From the NCBI GenBank assembly GCA_963727625.1, contig CAVSHR010000005.1, forward strand, positions 96,001 to 160,000: a DNA stretch of 64,000 nucleotides, given 5' to 3'. Of this stretch, positions 30,561-40,177 are shown piece after piece; position 1 is the stretch's first letter; each line of letters opens with the position of its first letter. The stretch comes from an uncultured delta proteobacterium. GTDB taxonomy: Bacteria; Desulfobacterota; Binatia; UBA9968. Under the pieces are notes generated by a model, which worked only from the letters and a program-made list of their open reading frames with translations, did no database searches and was not told the origin of the DNA. The position numbers and the translations under genes were made by a program.

Positions 30561-30661
30561 GCGCCTTGATCCTCGGAGAGATTAGTTAAGGCAAGCCCAA
30601 TGCCGTGGGGAAACTTTTCCCTGACCTTTACGAACACGAGCCACGATCGCGCACCACGACA

Positions 30662-31045
30662 TCAGGCCGCGCCCAGATCCGTTTTCCTTCCCGCCACTTT
30701 TTCAACCAGGTCTCTGAAGGTCGTATCGGGATCGCACTTCACGCTGAACGCGACGAGAAACAACGTAATTAGATCCTTGGCGTAAATCTCGTTATCGGCC
30801 CATTCGGCAATTTGGCTCAAAGTGTGCTCTGGCTTAAGCTGTTTGATTTTCATGCCGACGATTTCGGCCAGGCCGGCGGCAAGCTGCTGGGCTACCAAGC
30901 GCTTTTCAGGTGGAAATTCGAGCCGGATAAATGCGACCTCCAACGCCCAGTCGATCCCTTTCGGAGCGGGGCGAAAAATTACCCGGGCAAAAGTCATGCC
31001 CAGCAAGATCACGCCGATCAATAATAAATAAAGCGGTGACATCAT
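30662..31045 (-). CDS. Hypothetical membrane-anchored protein
   Basis: N-terminal TM helix; helical C-terminus ending TFRDLVEKV. Confidence 0.6.
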   Translation of the reverse strand: MMSPLYLLLIGVILLGMTFARVIFRPAPKGIDWALEVAFIRLEFPPEKRLVAQQLAAGLAEIVGMKIKQLKPEHTLSQIAEWADNEIYAKDLITLFLVAFSVKCDPDTTFRDLVEKVAGRKTDLGAA

Positions 31046-31235
31046 CGACGTTGCGGAAGCAGCTTCAGAATTCGTTTACCAAAACGGCTCTCAACGTCAC
31101 CAGCGCGCCGACCGGATGCTCTGAAATCAATCGGTGCAACATCTCGATGCGCGGTTCCGCGAAATGTGCCGCAATATACATCGCCTTTAATCAGTGCAAG
31201 AACGGTTCCGATCTTGCTAATTCAGCGCCGTTGGC

Positions 31236-32117
31236 TCAGAGCCCCAACGCGCGCAAATCCAATTTTCCTCGCTGCATCGGCGGACACCAGAAATAACTCC
31301 CCGACACCGGCTGGGTAAATTTGAAGAGGGCGTCGGCGATGCCGTCTTCGGCGCCGACCATGCGCTTGAGTTGAGCTTCAAAGGCATCGAACGATTTGCC
31401 GAACGCGACGAAGTTGAGACCGCCGCGCGTGCCCTCAGCCCACGGCATCGACCGGCGCACGACAAAGGCTTCCGGTTCGAAGCTTTCCTGTGCCGTACGT
31501 TTGACATGCGACGAGGCTGGCGCGTTGGTCAATTCTTTGTCATCTTTCTTGCGCCGGCCGATCGCGTTATCCTGATCCTTCTTCTCCATTGCCTGAAAAG
31601 CGGCAAAATCATGGACCCACTGCTGGACGGCGACGAAGCTCGAACCATCCATGCCCGCCCCCAGGCCGCGCACGATCGCCGCGGCAACCGCCTTGTTTCC
31701 TTTGGGATTCTCGGTGCCATCGACATAGCCGGTCAGATCGCGGCCGGTGCCGAACATGAATGCATCGATCACCTCGTCGAGACGAAAAGCTGCGGCTACG
31801 GAATCGGCGACATTCCTCGACAGGTGTAATGAATCGCCGCGATCGTCGCCGCGCAGCCAGCACCACAGCGCCGAAGGCGTCGACGGCAAAACCAGACCGG
31901 CGCCAAACTGGGTCGGAAACGTGCGCAACCCCGCAATTTTCTTGCCCAACGCCAGCGCCGCCGGTTGGCCGACGCCGACGACGACTTTGCTGCCATCCGC
32001 GTGCCTCGCCAGTTCGCGTAAGGCCGCCCGCGGTTTGACGCCGGCCTTGAGCGAAAACTTTAGATAGCGCGCCAGTTTCGGCACTGGCGCTAAAATACCC
32101 GATTGAGTATTGTTCAA
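31236..32117 (-). CDS. Dyp-type heme peroxidase
   Basis: RDLTGYVDGTENP (GxxDG), GSSFVAVQQWVHD, SHVKRT, RRSMP; AGGAGG RBS and TTG start. Confidence 0.93.
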   Translation of the reverse strand: MNNTQSGILAPVPKLARYLKFSLKAGVKPRAALRELARHADGSKVVVGVGQPAALALGKKIAGLRTFPTQFGAGLVLPSTPSALWCWLRGDDRGDSLHLSRNVADSVAAAFRLDEVIDAFMFGTGRDLTGYVDGTENPKGNKAVAAAIVRGLGAGMDGSSFVAVQQWVHDFAAFQAMEKKDQDNAIGRRKKDDKELTNAPASSHVKRTAQESFEPEAFVVRRSMPWAEGTRGGLNFVAFGKSFDAFEAQLKRMVGAEDGIADALFKFTQPVSGSYFWCPPMQRGKLDLRALGL

Positions 32118-32374
32118 CGTTCCTCCTAGTGAGAAATCATTTTTTTAGCGCGAATATCGCCTCCGGCCAATGGACTGTCAAGCGCCCGGATCAAAGCCAG
32201 GATTTAGTTTTGTACGATCGACTATACGGTTCGGAATGGCCGACCCACTCAAGTACTGGAGCGGATCGAATCATCGATTATAGACAGCTATGAAGAATGC
32301 CGGGTTGCGCCAGGTGGGGATGCGTTGGGGCGCAAGGTATTGGGAATCCCGCCACCAGCGCTCGCTGGCCGCGC

Positions 32375-32812
32375 CTAAGGTTTGCCCTGCTGCTCCAGCT
32401 CTGCCAAACGCCGGCGCAGATCGCGATCCTCGTTCCAACGCGCGGTTTCATCGCGCACAGTTGCCGCGATCACTCGACCGCTGCCATCCGGCGCGTCGAG
32501 CAGAGTGACCGTAAAGGCGATAGACAACGACTTGCCGTCGCGGTGCAGCGCCGGAACCCGAAGCACGTCGGACTGATATCTGGTCCGGCCCGACGCCATG
32601 ACATCGTGATAACCTTCCCAGTGCCGGGCACGAAACCGTTCGGGGATGATTAAATCGAGCGACTGCCCAAGGGCCTCTTCCGCGGTGAAGCCAAAAATCC
32701 GCGCCGCCGCCGGGTTCCAGAAAAGGATTTTCCCGTCCGCTCCGGCGGCGATAATCGCGTCGGCCGCAGACCGGACAAAGGCGTCTAAATCGAGCAAACT
32801 ATTGGATGGCAT
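32375..32812 (-). CDS. Stand-alone PAS domain protein
   Basis: DAII, WNPAAARIFGF, EALGQSLDLIIP, HRDG. Confidence 0.88.
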   Translation of the reverse strand: MPSNSLLDLDAFVRSAADAIIAAGADGKILFWNPAAARIFGFTAEEALGQSLDLIIPERFRARHWEGYHDVMASGRTRYQSDVLRVPALHRDGKSLSIAFTVTLLDAPDGSGRVIAATVRDETARWNEDRDLRRRLAELEQQGKP

Positions 32813-32827
32813 ACAATTCCTCTAAGC

Positions 32828-32862
32828 AAGAAAACCGGCACCCGCGAATGAGCGCGCCGGCG
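32828..32862 (-). terminator. Probable intrinsic terminator after the DEAD-box helicase
   Basis: Minus strand ccggcgcgc-loop-gcgggtgccgg followed by ttttctt. Confidence 0.45.
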
Positions 32863-32909
32863 CAAAAACTTTCCCCCGTGAATTTGTAATCGGTGAATTG
32901 CCGGCAACG

Positions 32910-34121
32910 TTACCAGCGGCGCCGGCCGGCGCCGTAGGATCGCCGGCCTGACGAACGGCCGCCGCCAAAGGTCGGTTTCGGATTGGGATCGAGCAGACGA
33001 TTGTAAGCGTAGCTGAACCCTTCCAGTTTCACCCGCGGAATTTTTTGTCCGATGAAGTGCTCGATGGACGCCACTTCCTGGAGGTCTTCAGCCGTCATGA
33101 TGGTAAACGCATCGCCGACGCTTTGGGCACGACCGGTGCGACCGATGCGGTGAACGTAATCCTCCGGATGATGCGGCACGTCGAAATTGATCACGTGGCT
33201 GATCTGCTCGACGTCGATGCCCCGGGCGGCGATGTCAGTGGCTACCATGACTTCGTATCTGCCGTTGCGAAAACCGTTGAGCGCCTCCTCGCGCTCGCGC
33301 TGCGTTCGGCTGGAGTGCAGCACCGCCACGGCATGGCCCGCTTGGTGCAGCTTGCGTGCCACCCGATCCGCGCCGTTCTTGGTTCGGCAGAAAATCAGTA
33401 CCTGATCGTAGTCGGTCCGGCGCAACAGTTCTTCGAGCAATTCTTGTTTTTGCGCCACATCGATAGGATACAACGCATGCGTCACCGTTTCCGCCGGCGA
33501 GCGGCGTTGACCGATCTCGATGGTTTCCGGCTTGCGCAACGCCCAGCGGCAAACCTGCTCGATTTCAGGCGGTACCGTGGCGGAGAGCAACAGCGTCTGG
33601 CGCGTGCGCGGGCAGCGCTCGACGATCTTACGCACGTCGGGCATGAAACCCATGTCCAACATCCGATCCGCTTCATCCAGCACTAGGATTTCTATCTGGT
33701 CGAGCCGCAGCATGCGCCGCTGCAGCTGATCGAGCAAACGGCCCGGCGTCGCCACGACAATATCGGCGCCCTGGCGGAGCTGCTGATCCTGCCGCCCATA
33801 GCCGGTGCCGCCGAACAGCACCACGGTGCGTAAATTGGTAAAGCGCGCGTAATCGCGAATCGCGGTCTCCACCTGCGCGGCGAGCTCGCGCGTCGGTTCG
33901 AGAACCAGCGCGCGCAATTTGCCGCGCTGGGCAAGGCGCGAAATGATCGGCAAGGCGAAGGCGGCGGTCTTACCGGTTCCGGTCTGGGCCGAACCAATGA
34001 GGTCGCGGCCTTCTAGAATCAGTGGAATAGCCCGTATTTGGATCGCCGTAGGCTCGGCGTAGCCCGCAGCTTTAACGCCTTCGAGTACTTTGGGGCCGAG
34101 TCCTAATGTAGAAAATGGCAC
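32910..34121 (-). CDS. rhlE: DEAD-box RNA helicase (RhlE-like)
   Basis: Q motif, AQTGTGKT, PTRELA, TPGRL, DEAD, SAT, ARGID, HRIGRTGR; RG-rich tail. Confidence 0.92.
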   Translation of the reverse strand: MPFSTLGLGPKVLEGVKAAGYAEPTAIQIRAIPLILEGRDLIGSAQTGTGKTAAFALPIISRLAQRGKLRALVLEPTRELAAQVETAIRDYARFTNLRTVVLFGGTGYGRQDQQLRQGADIVVATPGRLLDQLQRRMLRLDQIEILVLDEADRMLDMGFMPDVRKIVERCPRTRQTLLLSATVPPEIEQVCRWALRKPETIEIGQRRSPAETVTHALYPIDVAQKQELLEELLRRTDYDQVLIFCRTKNGADRVARKLHQAGHAVAVLHSSRTQREREEALNGFRNGRYEVMVATDIAARGIDVEQISHVINFDVPHHPEDYVHRIGRTGRAQSVGDAFTIMTAEDLQEVASIEHFIGQKIPRVKLEGFSYAYNRLLDPNPKPTFGGGRSSGRRSYGAGRRRW

Positions 34122-34235
34122 TCAATATTTATTTCATAATAGGCGGGGATTCTCAAACGATCGCGCAGAAAAGTCCCGCTACCCGTTTGCCAAACGACTG
34201 GCGCCGCAACCCGGCGCCGTTCGCCTGGCTTGAAT

Positions 34236-34853
34236 TCAATACTCGGGAGTCGATGCCAGCACGCGGCGAATGAACTCGCCCTTGGCGTTGGAATACTCGG
34301 TGCCCTTGGTGATGCCGCACGCGAGGATCATGCGTTTTTCAGCTTCGTAGTCTCGGCGCAGACCTTCGTTGCCGCGCAGAAGATCGCGGAATCTTATGAG
34401 ATCACGCGCTTCGCTGCTGCCCTTTTCGAGAACATGGGCATGGACGCGATATAAACGACTTAAGTATTCGACGCTGCCAACACGCATCGGTCGCGACTCC
34501 GGAAAGGGATCGGGACCGCCCTGGCGCTGAAATCCTAGTGTATCCAGGGTGCGGCGCGCTGCATCCAAGCCGCCAGGCTGATACATGACCAGCAAATCGA
34601 TAATCCCCTTGCCCCAGCATCCCGCAACGGACGTGCTGCCGATATGTTCAACGACAAAATCCGATGCTGCCTCGATGATCAGATCGCCGACCAATTTGGC
34701 GACCAGGCGCGCTTGGAAGTTATAAGGCAAATACTCAACCGGCTTGGGCGCATACAGATAAATTTTTACCTGTCGCTTATATTCCCCTGCGATCGCTTGC
34801 GATGGCAAAGGCAGAAACGCTAACTGAATGATTGGGCGCGGATTACGTGTCAT
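34236..34853 (-). CDS. GrpB/UPF0157 family nucleotidyltransferase-like protein
   Basis: VEHIGSTSV, KGIIDL, FRDLLR, YEAEK, YSNAKGEFI; start uncertain. Confidence 0.8.
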   Translation of the reverse strand: MTRNPRPIIQLAFLPLPSQAIAGEYKRQVKIYLYAPKPVEYLPYNFQARLVAKLVGDLIIEAASDFVVEHIGSTSVAGCWGKGIIDLLVMYQPGGLDAARRTLDTLGFQRQGGPDPFPESRPMRVGSVEYLSRLYRVHAHVLEKGSSEARDLIRFRDLLRGNEGLRRDYEAEKRMILACGITKGTEYSNAKGEFIRRVLASTPEY

Positions 34854-35587
34854 CGGTCTAACAATCATTCCCCCTAATTGAGCACAGTCCCATCGAATCG
34901 AATTGCACCGAACTTGCCGTTCCAAGCGGTGATCAAGTTGGCCAGACCGCGGCGCGGATGCCGAAGCGCGAATCGTAGCCAACGCTTGGCCAGATTTATT
35001 GATTAGCAATCTAGGGGCCAAAAAATTTCCGTTCATTGGTAAATTCGAAGTAGCGAAATTAACTGGAGAACCAGAGGGGGCGAAAATTGGGCGGCAGGCC
35101 CGGCGCTACCAATGGAGACAGCGACCGTAAACAAGGTTGCCATGACCCCAGCGGGCCGTGCCGATTCGTTGGCGCGGCCTAGCGGTTCACGCGCTTCTTG
35201 ATCGCCGCGACCAAGCCCTGTTCGTCGGCCGGAGAAACAATTCGCTCACCGTCTCCGCACCAGCAATTTCCCGACGGATTTAATGATATGACCGAGCGAA
35301 ACGACAATATCGGCCACGTGCGAAATTAATTAAGCCGGCACCGCGGTCGCCTCGCTGCGGCTCGTGACTCGGCAGATTGAGCAGCGCCGCGATCATCGTC
35401 ACCGTCAACATCGCCGCCGCGGCGATAGCGAGAAAGAGCCGGGATTTTTCGGCTCGCCAGAACACTGATTTGCGTGATCAGCGCGGCGGGAGAATCGATC
35501 CAGGAAGCAAGACTCCGAAAGACCAAGATGAACGGGATCCTCCGTTGTACGATTCGACGCATAGTCAAACCCGCAACTGACATTGCC

Positions 35588-36640
35588 TCAGATCTGTGCG
35601 ACCACTCGCCCAACAATCGATCCCACTTTCAACTCATCCAGCGTCCGGCTGACCTCGGCGAGCGGCCGAGTTTGAATCGGGATCGGTTGAATTTTACCCG
35701 CGCACGCCAAGGTGACGACGGCCTTGAGTTCGTCCACACTGCCCAGATGAGAGCCTTGGATCGCGATCGCGCGCAGGATCGTGCTGCCAATTGACAATAG
35801 AATCTCGCCGCCGAACAAACCCACGAGAACCAGCTTGCCGCCTTTGCGCAGCGCACCGAGCGCCAGCCCTGCCGTCTCCACAGTGCCGACAAAATCCACC
35901 GCGCCGTAGAGAGCGCCACCGGTAAGATCTTGCAATTTTTGTTGCGGGTCGCCACGATGGCCATTGAGCGTCGCTTCGGCGCCGGCGCCGCTCGCGGCCG
36001 CCAGTTTCCTATCGTCGACATCGATGACGACGATCCGCTTATGTCCGAGCGCTCGCAACATGCCGACCGCCGCTAGGCCCAGACCTCCCGCACCCATGAC
36101 GGCAACCCACTCGGCGCTCGGTATGGGCTGTAGCTTCGACGCCGCCGAATAGGTGGATAGCCCGGAACAGGAGAGCGTCGCCGCCCAAACCGGATCAATG
36201 CCACCCGGGGCGATCAGATAACGCGGGTGCGGCACCAGCAAGTGATCGGCGTAGCCGCCCGGCCGCTGAATACCGATCATTCGCGGAGCCATACAGTAAT
36301 TGTCCAAACCTTCGTCGCAGCGTGCGCATGCGCCACAGCCGATCCAAGGATAGACAAGGCGATCCGCGCCGATCGGGACACCGCCCGCATTTGGACCAGC
36401 GGCGATCACGGTTCCGAAAGGCTCGTGCCCCAGTGTCACCGGCGGCGCCATACCACGCTCGCTCATATGCAAGCGCTTCCCTCCCCCGAGATCGAAAAAA
36501 CCATCGCGGATATGCACATCGCTATGGCACACACCGCAATACTTAAGTCGAACGAGAACCTCGGTGCCCTGTGGCTTCGGTGTTTCGCGATCGATCCTCT
36601 CGAGTGGCATGCCCCACTCGACAACGTCGTAACTGAGCAT
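35588..36640 (-). CDS. Zn-dependent alcohol dehydrogenase
   Basis: GVCHSD, GHE, CGACARC...C, GAGGLG. Confidence 0.92.
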   Translation of the reverse strand: MLSYDVVEWGMPLERIDRETPKPQGTEVLVRLKYCGVCHSDVHIRDGFFDLGGGKRLHMSERGMAPPVTLGHEPFGTVIAAGPNAGGVPIGADRLVYPWIGCGACARCDEGLDNYCMAPRMIGIQRPGGYADHLLVPHPRYLIAPGGIDPVWAATLSCSGLSTYSAASKLQPIPSAEWVAVMGAGGLGLAAVGMLRALGHKRIVVIDVDDRKLAAASGAGAEATLNGHRGDPQQKLQDLTGGALYGAVDFVGTVETAGLALGALRKGGKLVLVGLFGGEILLSIGSTILRAIAIQGSHLGSVDELKAVVTLACAGKIQPIPIQTRPLAEVSRTLDELKVGSIVGRVVAQI

Positions 36641-36686
36641 AGCTTTTAGCTTGCGGGAATGCTTCGCATAGTAAATCCTCTCGATA

Positions 36687-37136
36687 TCAGCGCACGATGC
36701 CTTGGTTTATCAGCGAAGCCCGTAACTTCTCCACGCGCCGGCGATTCACGCCCAAATCGCTATATCCCAAGCGCGACGCCGAGCGAACGGCGATGAGGTT
36801 TTGCGCCGGGCGCAAATGGAGTTCCAGATCATCGATAAAGCCGAACAAAGCGCTGGCGCACTCGGCGTGAAGATAGCCGTCGCTTTCGCTAACGATCTTG
36901 GTTCGCGGCAGAGCAACCACCGCCGACCGCGCCGCCTGCCACGCTTGAGCGGCCGGTACGGCGACCTCAAATGCGGCGATGCGATGCGCCGAGTCGGCAA
37001 CGTCGCTCGAAACGCAATTCGGCGATGACGGACACGGCGCGAGCCGCGAGTCATGCACGCCGAGATTGGGCGGCCGACTGCCGGCGCAGGAGAAGAACGG
37101 CATAAAAATTAAACTCCAAACGACAAGGCGCGACAT
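36687..37136 (-). CDS. DUF1499 family (lipo)protein
   Basis: LAPCPSSPNCVSS, FGFIDDLE, RSASRLGYSDLGVNRRR. Confidence 0.88.
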   Translation of the reverse strand: MSRLVVWSLIFMPFFSCAGSRPPNLGVHDSRLAPCPSSPNCVSSDVADSAHRIAAFEVAVPAAQAWQAARSAVVALPRTKIVSESDGYLHAECASALFGFIDDLELHLRPAQNLIAVRSASRLGYSDLGVNRRRVEKLRASLINQGIVR

Positions 37137-37171
37137 TGCCTTCAAAACAAATCCTGACACATCAACCGGTC

Positions 37172-37522
37172 TCACTCCTTCTTTGATACCGCTTGCTTGT
37201 CGAAAAATCTGAGCGCCATGGCGCCGTGCGTGGCCGCCGCTCCCGCGCGCAACGCTGCGGCGATTAACGAGCCCTCGACTACTTCTTCTCGGGTGGCGCC
37301 CGCGGTATGCGCCGCCTTGGCGTGCGGTTCCATGCAATAGGGACATTGAGTGGTCGCGGATACCGCAATGGCGATCAGCTCGCGATATTTTTTCGGGATA
37401 GCGCCGCTGTCGCGCCCGACGATGCTGTTGAGTCCCAACCAGGCGTTGAAATCCTCCGGTGACAACTTGCGCATCTCGCGCATCAGTTTCAAATCGTTCT
37501 CGTCGTGAGAGTGTTCCGCCAT
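37172..37522 (-). CDS. AhpD/carboxymuconolactone decarboxylase family protein
   Basis: KYRELIAIAV...QCPYCMEPH (CxxC) motif; AGGAGG RBS. Confidence 0.9.
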   Translation of the reverse strand: MAEHSHDENDLKLMREMRKLSPEDFNAWLGLNSIVGRDSGAIPKKYRELIAIAVSATTQCPYCMEPHAKAAHTAGATREEVVEGSLIAAALRAGAAATHGAMALRFFDKQAVSKKE

Positions 37523-37621
37523 TACAAAACGCCTCCTGAATGTCGCCGCATTATTCCTGCATTCAGATCGCGATTGCAATCGCATTGACAGCGGCGCAGC
37601 GCGTAGGCTAGTCGTAACTCG

Positions 37622-38734
37622 ATGCAGGTCCGATCCGACGCTCACCTCGCCGCTCAATGCGGCATTTGCGGCACGCTGCTGTCCGGCTCGGCCAGCGCGC
37701 TCTACCGAATTTTCGGCATACGACGAAGCCCCCGCAATCCGAATATCTGCACGCGCTGCAGCACTCATATCGAAGAGGGACGAATGGTGGAGATCACGGT
37801 GCTGTTCGCCGATCTTTCATCGTTCACGGAGTTGACCCAGAATCTGGGCGCGGAAAAAAGCCACGAAGTGGTCGACGCTTTCCTACGCATGGCCACGGAG
37901 GTTTTGGTCAGACACGGCGCCTTCATCGATAAATACGTAGGCGACGCGGTCATGGCCTTATTCAACGTGCCGATTCGGCAGGACGATCATGCCCGCCGCG
38001 CCGTCGCCGCCGCCACCGAGGTCGGCGCCGGTCTCAAAAACCTGGCCGCGCGCCTCGGACTGCCCCTCGAAGCTTCCGTCGGCGTCGCCACCGGTCATGC
38101 TCATGTCGGCCGGCTCGGCTCCGACGACAGCAAGGACTACACAGCCATCGGCGACGTGGTAAATCTGGCCGCGCGGCTTCAAGGCAAAGCGGGCGCCGGA
38201 GAGATACTGATCAGCGCGGAAAGCTACGGCAAAGATCCGCGGGAATTTGCCGATGCTCAACCGGAACAAATCGCGCTCAAGGGCTTTCGCCAGCCCGTCA
38301 CCGCCTATCGGTTAAATGGCCGCGAATCGCGCTCACTCGCCAAGAATTTGCCGGAAACCCCGGTGAACCAGCGCACCAGCCTGGGAGCGATCATTTTTAG
38401 CATCCTCGGCGCGCCCTGCGCCGTCGCGACTCTCATCGGCCCGCTCGCCGTGGCTTTGGGCGCCAGCAGCCTGTTCGGTTTGGTGGGAATACTCACATTC
38501 CTCGATCAAAGCGTGGTTCGTGTGCCGATTCTGATTCTAACGACATTGGCTGCGCTCGCCAATCTCTACACGCTCCGTCGCGCCCAGAAGCTGAGAAATG
38601 AGTCAAAGATACCCGCCCATCTCAAAACGATGACCACTTTGGAAAAACGCCGCACGACGTTTGTACTCGGCGCTTCGATTGTGACTCTAGGGATCGTCGC
38701 GTCCGAAGTGATCGCTCACGCCTTGCTGCACTGA
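37622..38734 (+). CDS. Class III adenylate cyclase with an N-terminal CxxC..CxxC motif and a C-terminal membrane domain
   Basis: LFADLSSFT, DKYVGDAVMA, YTAIGDVVNLAARLQ, LKG; CGIC...CTRC; 3-4 TM helices including GAPCAV. Confidence 0.88.
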   Translation: MQVRSDAHLAAQCGICGTLLSGSASALYRIFGIRRSPRNPNICTRCSTHIEEGRMVEITVLFADLSSFTELTQNLGAEKSHEVVDAFLRMATEVLVRHGAFIDKYVGDAVMALFNVPIRQDDHARRAVAAATEVGAGLKNLAARLGLPLEASVGVATGHAHVGRLGSDDSKDYTAIGDVVNLAARLQGKAGAGEILISAESYGKDPREFADAQPEQIALKGFRQPVTAYRLNGRESRSLAKNLPETPVNQRTSLGAIIFSILGAPCAVATLIGPLAVALGASSLFGLVGILTFLDQSVVRVPILILTTLAALANLYTLRRAQKLRNESKIPAHLKTMTTLEKRRTTFVLGASIVTLGIVASEVIAHALLH

Positions 38735-38872
38735 ATTAGATAAAATGCGCGTCGGCGAAGGACAAGGCGAAATAGCCCATCGGCGGCGGCGCCGAATTGT
38801 CGCCGCCGGTGCGCCGGGACTTAAGCCGGCGGACGAACCTCGACCGCGAGTCCAGTCCACAGCCCACTGTGG

Positions 38873-39277
38873 TCAATTCTCGCAGGGCAACTCGGATTCG
38901 TCGATCTCCACCCATGGGACTCGGCTGTTCCAGTGACCATGGGCCGACGGCTTTCCCGGCGGCACGTCGTCGAGCGTCCCGGCGGGAACGATGACCCGGG
39001 TGCGGTCGCGCGAAGCGTGCGGTACCGGGCAGTTGCAGTTGCTGCAGATCTGCCGAGCAAAACTCTTGGCTTCCGGCAGGTCAAAACGGCGGATCAACTC
39101 CTCCCCCTGGGTCCAGCGAAACTGCGCGATGGGCACGGCGATGTTGGTCGCGCGCACGCCGCCGGTCGCCTTGCGGCACCGCGAACAGTAGCAGTGGCCG
39201 AATCTCATGAACGGCGTGCTCACCTCATAGCGCACCGACTTGCACAAACAACTTCCATGCAGGGTTTGTTCGGACAT
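38873..39277 (-). CDS. GFA/CENP-V family Zn protein
   Basis: GSCLC, CYCSRCRK, CSNC; AAGGAGG RBS. Confidence 0.9.
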   Translation of the reverse strand: MSEQTLHGSCLCKSVRYEVSTPFMRFGHCYCSRCRKATGGVRATNIAVPIAQFRWTQGEELIRRFDLPEAKSFARQICSNCNCPVPHASRDRTRVIVPAGTLDDVPPGKPSAHGHWNSRVPWVEIDESELPCEN

Positions 39278-39401
39278 GATGCCTCCTTGCGAATGGTTTG
39301 CGATGAAACTCGCTCGGATGATTTTTCAACGGCCGCATTCTACGGTCGTCAACGCATATTCGCAACTATACGTGCAGTCGGCAATCTTGGCTTTGGGAAA
39401 T

Positions 39402-39856
39402 TCAGAACCAGGATTGCAATTCAATGATGTTGCCTTCGGGGTCGGTGACATAGCACCAGTTACGCGGGCGCCGGCCGCCGTCGCGAGCGTAACAATCTCA
39501 CCGACCGCGCGACCGCCCGCGCCGAGCACTTCATCGCGCGCCTGAGTCACCGAGTCCACTGTAAACGCAACGTGGCCCAAGCCGGCCTGGTTGGCTGCCG
39601 TAGAGCCGCGCTCAAGCTGCGGCGCATAGCTGAAAATTTCTAGCGTCGGACCGTTATTGCCGAACCCAGGCAAGCGCAGATGAATGCCGCGCACCCGCGC
39701 GCCCCGGACTCGGGTGCCGGCTTCGAGTTCCGGGCCGGCGTAATCGCGCTCTGGCGGCACGGGAACACAACCGAAATGAATTTCGTAAAAGCGCGCGAGC
39801 GCCAGCCAATCGCGGGCGATGAGATTGGTATGGACGTACCGAACACCCGTAATCAT
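39402..39856 (-). pseudogene. VOC/glyoxalase family protein with a 1-nt frameshift near its C-terminus
   Basis: HTNL, LEIF, GLGHVAF in frame; the terminal WCYVTDPEGNIIELQSW lies in another frame after ~39459. Confidence 0.75.
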
Positions 39857-40119
39857 GAGTTTTCTCCCGTTTCTCCTTCGCCCTTTCTCGCTGCGCAGCC
39901 ATCTGTTTGTTGATTGAGTTGCTTCTGACCTTCAGGCGGCAGCGCTATTTCCAAGCGGTCAGTCCGCATCAGCGTCGTCGTCTCCGACGAGAAACGACTG
40001 CGAACCTCGAATTCCTCGGATGAACGCTCGGTTCGCTTGCCACAGCGCTATAAAAGCACAGGCGCGACGGTTTGAGTCAAGCGCCCTAACGGAGTGGCGG
40101 AAACGCTGTTGCCGGTCCG

Positions 40120-40149
40120 TTGACAATGCGCACGCAGCTCTTCTAAAGT
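40120..40149 (+). promoter_or_regulatory. Putative sigma70 promoter for the ECH-OsmC pair
   Basis: TTGACA-18 nt-TAAAGT, then AGGAGG RBS. Confidence 0.5.
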
Positions 40150-40177
40150 CGGAGCGCAAAAATAGGAGGATAGTTCA

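Noticed and set aside
31236-32117. DyP as encapsulin cargo
   Set aside because: No encapsulin gene nearby and no clear GSLxIGSL-type targeting tail
35100-35560. Short hydrophobic ORF fragments
   Set aside because: Possibly remnants, but no family can be supported
39853-39969. 38-aa minus-strand ORF whose stop overlaps the VOC start
   Set aside because: No motif support; could be chance
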